A stretch of 64,000 nucleotides of DNA from Desulfobacteraceae bacterium Eth-SRB2 (GTDB lineage Bacteria; Desulfobacterota; Desulfobacteria; Desulfobacterales; UBA11574): positions 132,307-196,306 of the forward strand of contig RPGQ01000080.1 of the NCBI GenBank assembly GCA_004193595.1. The letters run 5' to 3'. This document shows, piece by piece, positions 17,235 through 26,938 of this stretch. The first letter of the stretch is position 1. Each line of letters starts with the position of its first letter. The translations under genes were made by a program, and so were the position numbers. A model generated the notes under the pieces. The model was not told the origin of the DNA. It ran no database searches and saw only the letters and a list, made by a program, of their open reading frames with translations.

Positions 17235-18332
17235 ATGACTAATTCAGAATATCAGCTTACGTGGATAACACCCGATCTGGCCGTGGGCTACGCACCCATG
17301 TCGTATGCCGAACTCGAATCTCTAAAATCACAGGGCATCAATGCCATCGTCAATCTTTGTGCGGAGTTTAGTGATCTGCATGAAATTGAGGAAGCAAGGG
17401 GCTTTGAGGTCTATTATCTGCCCATAGTGGACGAAACCGCGCCCGACATGGAGGAGATGGAAAAGGGGCTTGCCTGGCTGGATGAGGCTATCTATCTGGG
17501 CAAAAAGATCCTGGTGCACTGTCGCCACGGGATCGGGAGGACCGGCACCTTTGTCACATCCTATCTTCTAAGGAGAGGGCTCGGTTTAAAAGTCGCATCC
17601 AAAAAGCTAAAATATACGCGTGCAACTCCGGCAAGCTACAGCCAATGGAGGCTTTTGAAAAAATATGGTAAAAAATCCGGTGTATTAAAGATAAGAGAGC
17701 CCTCACTGGAAAGCAAAAATGTTGTTGATTTGAGCACCTATTTTGGAGAATATGAGGCCTTGGCTCAAAAAATAGATGAGGATGTCAAGAAGGCCGGTAA
17801 AACCATCGAAGAGATTAAGAGTTGCGGGCTTGAAACAGATGAATGCTGCTTACATTATTTTGACCTCCAGTTAATAGAGGTGATCTACTTGAACAATAAA
17901 ATGAACAGGACGTTAAAAAGTAATGTAAGGTCGGAAGTTATTCAAGAAGCTGTTGAAGTTTATAAAAAGACAAGGGCGTTGCAGCGCATTCTGGATAATA
18001 AAGGAGATGCTCCGGAGGCAAACAAAAAGAGCTTGATTGACGTTTACAACAAAGAGAAGATTTTGTGTCCGTTAAACAGAGAGTCAAAATGCTGCCTGTA
18101 CCCATACAGACCCATAAGGTGCAGATTTTATGGCATGCCCGACAATCAGATTGATCTTGATCTTGTTAATAACATGCTGTCCGATATCTCCCGAAACGTC
18201 TTCTTTGCATTTTCCGGATCATTTCTTGAAGAAGACGCCCTTACTTTTTCTATGGCGGAAACGGTTTCAGGTAAGTTTGTACAAGAATATTTTCATTACC
18301 TGGCCTATCTGGCAACCGGTACAAACGATTAA
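17235..18332 (+). CDS. Dual-specificity (CX5R) protein phosphatase fused to a YkgJ/UPF0153-type Cys-cluster domain
   Basis: P-loop VHCRHGIGRTG. The C-terminal half carries CGLETDECCLHYF ... CPLNRESKCCLYPYRPIRCRFYG. Confidence 0.75.
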   Translation: MTNSEYQLTWITPDLAVGYAPMSYAELESLKSQGINAIVNLCAEFSDLHEIEEARGFEVYYLPIVDETAPDMEEMEKGLAWLDEAIYLGKKILVHCRHGIGRTGTFVTSYLLRRGLGLKVASKKLKYTRATPASYSQWRLLKKYGKKSGVLKIREPSLESKNVVDLSTYFGEYEALAQKIDEDVKKAGKTIEEIKSCGLETDECCLHYFDLQLIEVIYLNNKMNRTLKSNVRSEVIQEAVEVYKKTRALQRILDNKGDAPEANKKSLIDVYNKEKILCPLNRESKCCLYPYRPIRCRFYGMPDNQIDLDLVNNMLSDISRNVFFAFSGSFLEEDALTFSMAETVSGKFVQEYFHYLAYLATGTND

Positions 18333-18688
18333 TCTTTTAACACATTTGCCACCTTTTCCTCCAACTCATCCTTGTCTATGGGTTTGACGCAGTATTCGTT
18401 TGCACCCAGCTTTAAAGATTCCCGGGCAGTCTCTATGGTCGGATAACCGGTCAGCATAATAACACGTATCGAGGGCGCTATCTTTTTTAGCTCTTCCAAC
18501 ACCTCGACACCACTAATCTTTTTTAACTTAATATCTAAAATAGCAAGATCTACCTCATTGGATCGAGCATAATTTAATGCCTCTTCTTCTTCTGTAAAGG
18601 TAAAAACCTCATGCCCTTTTCTTTGTAAAATTCTTTTGATGAGATTTGCAGCATCCAACACATCATCCAATGCCAATATTTTAGCCAT
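18329..18688 (-). CDS. Single-domain CheY-like response regulator
   Basis: MAKILALDDV...DLAILDIKLKKISGVEVL...IMLTGY...A.ESLKLGANEYCVKP. Confidence 0.85.
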   Translation of the reverse strand: MAKILALDDVLDAANLIKRILQRKGHEVFTFTEEEEALNYARSNEVDLAILDIKLKKISGVEVLEELKKIAPSIRVIMLTGYPTIETARESLKLGANEYCVKPIDKDELEEKVANVLKD

Positions 18689-18710
18689 TACCTCTCTCCT
18701 TTTATATTTT

Positions 18711-18930
18711 GTAACCGTTCACGGTTCAGGGGTTCAAGGTTTCATTCTTGTCCCCGGACTACATTTGAGATGCGTATTTACGAGAAAAGTGTCAGTTTCG
18801 TCAGTCCTAATCCAAAATTTTATGCTAAATTAGCAATTACTTGGGAAAATGAACATTTGTAAAAAGGACTTCATATCTTCAATGCCTTCTTTGTCCTTAA
18901 CCTTGAACGTTGAACCTTGAACCGTGAATG
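18711..18930 (+). mobile_element. MITE-like element, family C, copy 1
   Basis: Termini rich in ttcacggttcaaggttca-type inverted repeats. The reverse complement of 57425-57654 aligns over the full length at roughly 88% identity by eye. Confidence 0.65.
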
Positions 18931-18966
18931 GATACTATATTCTTATACCATCCCATTTATTCTCAT

Positions 18967-20979
18967 TTATTGCATATGGCCGGCAACGGGTAAGTGTACA
19001 ATAAAAACAGTGCCTGGCTTATCCACGCCATTTTTCTCTTTTGCAAACCGTGGCGGACTTTGGACTTCTATGGTTCCTTCATGCTCCTTAATAATACCAA
19101 AGGTTACCGATAGTCCCAGACCCGTGCCTTTACCTACCCCTTTGGTCGTAAAAAAGGGGTCAAAGATTTTTTCCATATTCTCAGATGAAATGCCTGTACC
19201 CGTATCGGCTACAGAAATTATCACCTCATTGTTGTGCTCATTAAAAGTGGTTGCAATACTTATGACGCCGTCACTTCCAATGGCATCATGGGCATTGTTA
19301 AGCAAGTTAACAAAAACCTGCTTGAGTTTTTCTTTGTCTCCCATAACCGGAGGTAAATTCAAGCCATAATTTTTTTCAATAATAACCCGTTCTAATTTAA
19401 AAGTATGTTCCACAACAGCCGCCACTTCCTCAATAGACTGATTTATGTCAAGCGTGGTCACAATATTTTCCATACGCCTGGAAAATCTTAAAAGATCAGC
19501 CACAATTTTGCGGCATATTTTTGCCTGTTTCTCAATGGTCTTGATATCTGCATATATCTGGCCATCCTCCTCCACATCTTCAAGAAGAAGCTGGGCATAT
19601 CCCAAAATAACACCAAGGGGAGTGTTAATTTCATGGGCGACACCCGCGGCCAACTGTCCTATGGACTCCATCTTCTGTGCCTGGGTAAGCTGTTCCTGTA
19701 CCCGTTTGAGTTCCGTAATATCCCGTCCGCTACACAAAAGCCCCGCAACATTGCCGTCTGCTTCAAAAACCGGAATTTTTACCACATGAAGCCATTTTTC
19801 ACCTTTGGGACTCGAGATTTTATCTTCTTTAATCAGGGGCTTGCCTGTATTGAATATCGCATGGTTCTCTTGATGATAGATTTGGGCCTGCTTACCGGGA
19901 AAGAGGTCAAAGTCGGTCTTCCCGACGATTTCATCTTCCTTTTTGCCAACTATTTTACAAAATGCCTTGTTTACGGACCGGTATACGGATTGGTGACCCT
20001 GGAGGGATACGAAATCGGGTATGGCATCCAGTATGGTCTGAAGCAATTCTCTTTGTTCATTTAATATTTTTTCTGCATGTTGCAAATCAGAAATATGAAT
20101 TTTTAACGATTGTGTCATGGTATCGAAACTCTCGGCAAAACTCTGGATTTCATCTCCCGAGCATTTTCGATAAACCGGACATTTTTGACAACTGGTTATC
20201 TTTTTGGCATATTCGCCTTCCACACAGGTTGGGCACAGGGTTCCTGCAATATACCAGCAACGATGATGTAAATTTCCGTATGCAGGGCACTCCTGTTTGT
20301 TACAATTCATGATGTCCCAGCAGTTTTTTTTTAACAACGGCGCCGTGTGGATATCCAGATTTCCCCGCAATGCCTTCTCTGATGACTCATGAAGGATTTT
20401 TATGCGCCGGGTTACGGGGCGGGCAAGGAACGCTCCCACAAACCCGGCAATCAGAATGACAAATCCGGTAGACAGGAATGCAATCAACATGATGCGGTTT
20501 ATTGCTTTCTGGATTCTAATTCGAAGCAGCCCCAGCCGTACGGTTCCGAGCCGGTCCTCACCGATAAGAACAGGAACAGCATAATCATAAATAAGCTGCT
20601 CACCGGTATCCAGCAGTCGCATGGAAAATTTCTGGTGTTCCGAGACGCTATTCGCGGTTTTTAAATCCGCCGGGAAACCGCCTTTAAAAGTATGAACAAG
20701 GGGTTTTCCACCAGCGTCCAGGACAAAGATATAAAAAATATCATCACTGAGTTGGACTGTTTTATCAACGAGGGTTTTCATTCTCAAAAAATCCATAGCC
20801 AGAATGGGTTCTGTTATGCGGGCCGAAAGATTAACACCTATGGAAACGCCACGATTTCGGTTCTCTTCCAGCAGAGATTCTGTCATGACCCCGCTGACGA
20901 CAAATAAGATGACGATCCCTAAAAGCAGGAGCAGAGAAAACATCCCAAAATAAATCTTACTGCGTAATCCTAATTTCAT
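18967..20979 (-). CDS. Sensor histidine kinase (TM, HAMP-like, Cys-rich module, PAS, HisKA, HATPase)
   Basis: H-box AAGVAHEINTPL and N/G boxes [23 protein letters not shown]. The Cys-rich insert is NCWDIMNCNKQECPAYGNLHHRCWYIAGTLCPTCVEGEYAKKITSCQKCPVYRKC (aa 219-273). Confidence 0.85.
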   Translation of the reverse strand: MKLGLRSKIYFGMFSLLLLLGIVILFVVSGVMTESLLEENRNRGVSIGVNLSARITEPILAMDFLRMKTLVDKTVQLSDDIFYIFVLDAGGKPLVHTFKGGFPADLKTANSVSEHQKFSMRLLDTGEQLIYDYAVPVLIGEDRLGTVRLGLLRIRIQKAINRIMLIAFLSTGFVILIAGFVGAFLARPVTRRIKILHESSEKALRGNLDIHTAPLLKKNCWDIMNCNKQECPAYGNLHHRCWYIAGTLCPTCVEGEYAKKITSCQKCPVYRKCSGDEIQSFAESFDTMTQSLKIHISDLQHAEKILNEQRELLQTILDAIPDFVSLQGHQSVYRSVNKAFCKIVGKKEDEIVGKTDFDLFPGKQAQIYHQENHAIFNTGKPLIKEDKISSPKGEKWLHVVKIPVFEADGNVAGLLCSGRDITELKRVQEQLTQAQKMESIGQLAAGVAHEINTPLGVILGYAQLLLEDVEEDGQIYADIKTIEKQAKICRKIVADLLRFSRRMENIVTTLDINQSIEEVAAVVEHTFKLERVIIEKNYGLNLPPVMGDKEKLKQVFVNLLNNAHDAIGSDGVISIATTFNEHNNEVIISVADTGTGISSENMEKIFDPFFTTKGVGKGTGLGLSVTFGIIKEHEGTIEVQSPPRFAKEKNGVDKPGTVFIVHLPVAGHMQ

Positions 20980-21905
20980 TATTTCTCCAGGCTTATGCCC
21001 ACCCTGGCAGCCAATTCTCTTACCGGGTTAAAATCTCGATCTTCTGAAGGTATCACTTTGATGAAGTCTGCCGCTTCTAATATTTGTTGGTACTCTTTTT
21101 GATTAAAATCAAGCTTCAATAGTGCTTTTCTTATCTTTTCCACAATCTTTGGGTCTAGACCCGCCCTGGCAGCATAAACCCAGCCCGGATACCAGCGGGT
21201 ATTGGCGATGACCCGAATTTCGTTGATATCTATTTTATCTGCAACCACGTTCAGAGTTCCCTCCCGGATGGTGCCTATATCGTATTTCCCGGCATAAACC
21301 GCCAGAACCACTTTTTCCTGCTTGCCACCGGGACCGGGGCTAAAGGCAATTTCACTGAAATCCGTTTTTTGAATGCCATGGTCAATAAAATAACCCAGGG
21401 GGTAAAGATAACCGCCGGCAGAAGTGGAATCAACGGCTAACCAGCTTTTGCCACGGCAATCGGCAATCGTCTTGATGAGCCGGTTGTCCGCCCGGCAAAT
21501 GATCTGGCCCCGGAAATTTTCCTGATTATAAATTTCGGCGATACGCGCAAAAGCTCGTGCGCCGTATCGGTGAGCAATTTTGATATATATAAATGGATTC
21601 GAATAAGAGATATCAATCTTACCCTGACCGACCATTGTCATGTGCTGGTCAAAAGTGTCCGGAAATATCTGTTTTATATTGAAACCTGTTTCCTTGCGCA
21701 AAAATTCTACCAGCAGGTGGTGTCTCTGGTAGGATACCGTATGTGAGTATTGGGGAAGATAGGCATAGGTGATAACATCTGCTTCTTCTTTGAGGCTTAC
21801 CTGTTCTTTTTTATCCAGGTCAACTTTAATCGCCGGCTCATCCTGACTGCAGCCAACAAATATAAAAAGGCAAATGAAAATGACACTGAAGATTTTTTTT
21901 GGCAT
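20979..21905 (-). CDS. PhnD-like (phosphonate/phosphate-type) periplasmic substrate-binding lipoprotein
   Basis: Lipobox FVGCS after MPKKIFSVIF. PhnD-family-like body (YAYLPQYS..., SAGGYLYPLGY). It is translationally coupled to the kinase downstream. Confidence 0.7.
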   Translation of the reverse strand: MPKKIFSVIFICLFIFVGCSQDEPAIKVDLDKKEQVSLKEEADVITYAYLPQYSHTVSYQRHHLLVEFLRKETGFNIKQIFPDTFDQHMTMVGQGKIDISYSNPFIYIKIAHRYGARAFARIAEIYNQENFRGQIICRADNRLIKTIADCRGKSWLAVDSTSAGGYLYPLGYFIDHGIQKTDFSEIAFSPGPGGKQEKVVLAVYAGKYDIGTIREGTLNVVADKIDINEIRVIANTRWYPGWVYAARAGLDPKIVEKIRKALLKLDFNQKEYQQILEAADFIKVIPSEDRDFNPVRELAARVGISLEK

Positions 21906-21964
21906 TTTGAAATTTCTCCACCATGAGTTAACCATTGGGTATATAAAGACGATTACAGTGACCC

Positions 21965-23405
21965 TCATTTTTTTCTAAAGGCATTCGCCTTTACCTTATA
22001 CCGACGCATAATTTGCTGTAACGCCTGACGTTCCAGTCCGCAAGATCGTGCGGCCTGTGTCACATTACCGTTGTTTGCCGCAAGCAGATTGCCGATATAG
22101 CCGGCATTAAAATGCTGCAACGTCTGCTCTTTGGCTTCTTTATAGGGCAATCGTTGGAAAGAATTTTCCATACGTGAATCATCTGGCAGGATTTCATTAA
22201 AATTAATGTCACGAGGTCTGATTTCATCGGTAGTGGAAAATAGTATTCCCTGTAAAATAATATTTTCCATTTCCCTCACATTCCCAACCCAGGTCCTTTT
22301 TAAAAAGAGATTCATCAATTCCGGAGACAGCCTTTTTAAAGGTTTATTTAATTTAGCGCAATGTTTTTCCAATAAATGGTTGGCAATCAAAGGGATATCC
22401 TCTGGACGATCCCTTAACGCCGGCAGTTCAATGGACACCACATTCAAGCGATAATAGAAATCTTCCCTGAACTCGTTGTTTGAAATTTTTTCAGCCAGGT
22501 TCTGATTTGAAGATGAAATTATCCGGACATCAACCCGGATAACCCTGGTATCTCCCAATGGCTTTATCTCTTTTTCCTGTAATACCCGCAGCAGTTTGGT
22601 CTGAATGGTGGGGCTGATATCTCCGATTTCATCTAAGAAAATAGTACCCTTATGAGCTTCTTGAAAAAGACGCCTGCCTTTGGGTGCGCCGAGTAAAACG
22701 CCCCTGCATTTGGTTCCACCACCTCTTTGCGATATTCTCCGGCACCGTAGGGCAGTTTACCGCTACATAAGGGCCCCGACTGCGGTTACTCAGAGCGTGA
22801 ATAGCTCTGGCCGTCAAATCTTTTCCGGTGCTCACCGGTAATAAGCACCGTTAAATCTGTTTTGGCTACGGTCTGAATGGTTTCATAGACCTTCTTCATG
22901 AGGGTACTCTTCCCCACCAGGATCCTGAATATGCGAACACCCCGCACTTCTTTCTGAAGTCCTCAAGTTTTCGTATGCGTTTCTTTCAAAAAAGCCTTTT
23001 CGAGTCCTTTCAACAATTCAGGCATCATGGCTCAAAGGGTTTCGAGATAAAATCATAGGCCCCCAGTTTCATGGCTTCAATGGCTGTTTCTATGGTGGCG
23101 TATCCTGTGATCACGATGACTTGAATTGCCTGGTCCATCTCACGAATGTGTTTAAGAACCTCCAGTCCGTCCATACCCGGCATTCTCAAATCTAGAAGCA
23201 CAATGGAAGCTTTCTCCTTTTCCAGGACAGCCAGCCCCTCATCCCCGCGAGATGCCTTTAGAACCTGGAAACCGATTCGGGTAAGGATTCGTTCAGATGC
23301 ATCCCGGATATCCTGTTCATCGTCCACAACCAATATTATAGCGTCAGATTTTATCTCCACTTTCTTCTCCTTGGTTTTCCTTGTCCGCAACGGGAAACTC
23401 AACAA
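21965..23405 (-). pseudogene. Decayed NtrC-type sigma-54-dependent response regulator (enhancer-binding protein)
   Basis: The receiver domain (23025-23405) and the AAA+/HTH C-terminal part (LFQEAHKGTIFLDEIGDIS...RVDVRIISSSN...FREDFYYRLNV...TQAARSCGLERQAL) are readable. The middle is broken into at least 3 frames. Walker A reads GGTGAG-C-ACCGGAAAAG (GE.TGK instead of GESGTGK), and the ESELFGH/GAFTGA region is scrambled. Confidence 0.8.
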
Positions 23406-24750
23406 TAAATGTCGTTCCTTGTCCCGGCTTGCTTTTTGCCATGATATTGCCGCCGTGATTTTTCACGATACTGTAAGCCAGACTGAGCCCCAGACCGGTC
23501 CCTTTCCCTTCTTCCTTGGTGGTGAAAAATTGTTCAAAAATCTGGGGAAGAATATCCTCGGGTATTCCAGGACCTGTATCGGCTATTTCTATGCAGACCC
23601 GGTTGCCATCCGGCATCAGGCGGCTTTTTACCGTGAGTCTCCCCTTTTCCTCCATGGCCTGGGCCGCATTGAGGATGATGTTCATAAACAAATGATTAAG
23701 CTGCTGGATATCAGACTGAACAAGGGGGAGTGAAGCGTCCAGGTCTGTTTCTATCTCTATATTCTGGAACAGGGTCTGGCTCTCGAGCAAAAACAGAGTC
23801 CGGGAAATCGTCTGGTTGACGTCATGAGGTCGCATTAAATGGCGGGTCTGTCGCGTGAATTCCAGCAGTTCCTTCACCGTATCACGGCATCTTTGGGCAT
23901 CTTTCAGGATGCGGCTTAAGTCTTCCTGAGCCCCCTCTTCAAGATCATATTCTTCCTGGATAAGCTTGGCAAACAGCGTAATTCCTAACGGATTATTGAT
24001 TCCGTGGGCAATACCCGCCGAAAGCTGTCCAATGGAAGCCAGTTTGTCTGTTTGGGCTATCCTGTTTTCGATTAATTTTTTTTGTTCAATATCTTTCACC
24101 AGAAAATGAATGGTGTCTTGTGTCTCGGATGAATCACTTCTATCCAGACTTCCGCTGAGCAAACAGCGAATATAGTTATCGACTTTACGCTTTAACTCAA
24201 TTTCAAAACTTGAAATAAATCCCTTTTCTTCAAGAGTGTTCTGAATTGTTGTCCAATCCGGGTAATCCCGGTCGCATATTTCTGGCATTTTAACAAAAAT
24301 TCGGATTCATTATAACCCAGCATTTTATATCCGGCCGGATTCATCCACAATCGTCCGGTTTTTTTCAACCGGTGACTCATGTTCCCGGAAACCCTTGGTA
24401 CGGCGGTACTTGCTTCGGATGCAGCCGGTGATTCCCGGCCCGCTACCAGGGGATTCGATTTTGATTCAGATAAAAAAGTGTTTTATGCGCCGACTGCAAA
24501 TCCTGCTTATCTTTTAATACCTGCTGGTGAATCTTCCATATGTGTTCAAAAAGAGTTTCATGAATTTAAACAAACAGGCAATCGTGGCCTAATAGCTCCT
24601 GCCAGCGAAGTGATTAGAGTCCCAGCGGCGAACTCACGCCCGGAAAATAAAAATTGATGTTTTAAAATATGTCCTACGGATCGGGAGATGGCAAAAGCTG
24701 TAAGCCCGAAACAAAGCCATAAAAGATACGTCCAGATGACGTTGTATTGG
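23344..24750 (-). pseudogene. Histidine kinase with an intact catalytic core but a frameshifted or truncated sensor region
   Basis: 23344-24288 encodes PAS-tail/HisKA/HATPase ([26 protein letters not shown]). Upstream PAS (NPAGYKMLGYNESEFL) and TM/HAMP-like (IWTYLLWLCFGLTAFAI...) pieces lie in other frames with stops. Confidence 0.55.
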
Positions 24751-25715
24751 TCACTTCTCTTTAGCTCAAAGACGACCCCTGCGCATGAGGGTGCTGAGGA
24801 CGGCTTCCAACAATACGTTAATCCACGCCTGATTTGCGAGGGTCATAACTATCCATTCTTGATTTTCATAGTCTTTAGATCTCTTGAATGGTTTGTTTTT
24901 GAAAAGACGCCCAAACCGGAACAAGTACCGCAACAGACGATCAAGCTCTGCACGAAAACAACAGCCACGTCGCTGCTGGCAATATCTATACTTGAAATGA
25001 ACATGCATTTTAAATCACCGCAGTACCCGAACTACGCTGTTGATTTACTCAAAAGCGCACCCCAAAACGCATTCATATCTGAGACCCGCAAGAACGCCGT
25101 GATATTGTATAAACCGCCATCCGGTTTCTTTAACAAGTTTTTTGTCCCTCAACCAGGATGAAAACCCTATGGAAAGTGCTACAAAAAGATGAGGCCATCT
25201 GGAAGTACAACTTCCGGCGTACTATTATGAGATTGGTGAAGCCAGGGCCTTTGGTTCGGGGCTTGATAAATCAACTTCAACGTACCGACAGGAAAAAAAA
25301 TGCGATAGTAATTTCTTTTCATATTATTCATTGACAGAGTTACCAACCCCCACGCTTCAGCAAACAAAGATTACTTGTAAATATTCCAAAATTTGCGCAT
25401 CGGTTCGGCTTTTTAATTTTTCGGCCATTATTTTGAACCAGCCAGTTCTCAACGGTAAAGGCGGCGTTATCGCCGCCGAGATAACTCAGCCCTCGTATCC
25501 GCATAAATAAAACGCTAAATGATGAAAAAATCACGATGAAAACGAGGCTGCGGCGCTGGCTGCTCGTACGAACCCGCAATAGCGAACCGTGCGGTACAAT
25601 AAAGCATTACACACCGCCTCCAATAATCTAAAGTCCGCCATGGAAACCCTACGCCATACACCACCTACCTCCTCCTCCATTAATCTCGGCGAAACGAACC
25701 CGCGTAGCGATCCCT

Positions 25716-26078
25716 TCACCACCTTTGAAAGTTAAGCAATTTTATTACCGGCGTCAAAAATATAACTAGTGCCAGAATACCGGTAAAAGCATCCATGTTA
25801 ATTCGGGCTGTTAGCATTGCTCCCGGAGGAGCACAAAGTGTAGATGCGACCAGCAGGGGCAGGCCGGTCTTTATATCCCCCATTCTTTTACGAATGTAGT
25901 TTATGGATGCAGAAAAAGCGGCAATACCGTTCAAAAAAAGAGATGCTGACACGGCTGTGGTCACAGGAAATTTAAGCAAAACAAAAAGGGGCGAAAAAAT
26001 AAGTCCACCCCCCAGCCCCACCATAGTCAGGACGAAAGATGCAAGAAAAACGATCACAAGTAGCAGAGCAAGAGGCAT
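25716..26078 (-). pseudogene. N-terminal half of a TauE/SafE-family anion exporter (truncated)
   Basis: MPLALLLVIVFLASFVLTMVGLGGGLIFSPLFVLL... is the typical TauE first repeat. Homology ends near 25745, and full-length family members are about 250 aa. Confidence 0.6.
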
Positions 26079-26183
26079 AGGTATTAATCTTCCTTCTTTG
26101 AATCAACACAGGATTGTTCCTCAATTCCCCCATTAACTCCATGAACTTTTATATCAAGATTATATTCATATTTCAATTGACCT

Positions 26184-26768
26184 TTACAATATAGCTGTTT
26201 GTTTTTTTACTGTTAATCTTTTAATAATAAACCAGCCCAGATATATTAACAGGATTGAGAATACAAACCATAAACCGGCTCCGACAAAAAGCGGTTCTCT
26301 GTTTAACCCTGTAAATTTAAAAACATATTCCCTTCCGAAAAGTTTTATAAGATTTTCAAGTTTATATGCTTCATTGATATATGCGAAAAATAAAGAAATG
26401 GGTAATAACCGGGTTACGAGGCTGATTAAAAATCCTTCAAGAAAGTAGTCCCAATACACCTTATTCAGTCTTGCCTGATCTATGTTTTTGGCAAGAAGTT
26501 TAGCCTTTTCCGGATCATCACATTTTAGTGCTTCCTGGCGAATATTAAACCAGTGTTCAAACTCTTTTTTTAATTCCCGGTATCGCCTTGGTTTTGAAAC
26601 GTTTGGTCACCTCTTGCTATGACCTCACCGTAAGTAATGCAATTGTGAATATAGTAAAGCCCGAGCCCAGAGAATTGAGGGGAGAGAATATTGCATCAAG
26701 AAGATTTGAGATATGATGAAATAAATCTATAATCTTAAACCATACAATATCTAAAAAGTCTTCCATAA
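26184..26768 (-). pseudogene. Membrane protein with a TM - charged coiled segment - TM layout, interrupted by a stop and a frameshift
   Basis: MEDFLDIVWFKIIDLF...TIALLTV (stop near 26610), then RYRELKKEFEHWFNIRQEALKCDDPEKAKLLAKNIDQARLNKVYWDYFLEGFLISL... in another frame. The architecture is reminiscent of DUF106/YidC-like insertases, but the assignment is weak. Confidence 0.35.
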
Positions 26769-26938
26769 TATATATTACTTATCATAATTTGTTTTTATTT
26801 TTCAACGTAAAAGACCAAGAGCATGCCTCCAATAAAACCGCCACTCGCCGATACCGAACGGTCTTGCAAGTGCACCGGCAAAAAGACTGACAATGCCGAA
26901 GACAAGCGGATTTGTCCAAAATGTTGAGTTACGACAGT

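Noticed and set aside
18711-18760. Short tandem ggttca/aaggtt periodicity at MITE-C termini as a possible CRISPR or tandem-repeat array
   Set aside because: The units are only 6-9 nt, degenerate, and confined to the element's inverted termini. There is no repeat-spacer architecture and there are no cas genes.
23146-23733. 195-aa plus-strand ORF across the kinase/response-regulator junction
   Set aside because: It is antisense to clearly recognisable HATPase and receiver coding sequence, and its composition is Ser/Arg-rich shadow.
24688-25579. ORFs 24688-25161(+), 24766-25008(-), 25179-25367(-), 25340-25579(-) as possible transposase or reverse-transcriptase fragments
   Set aside because: No catalytic motif (DDE, YxDD, HUH, integrase R-H-R-Y) could be recognised in any frame. 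They are reported only as an unassigned region.
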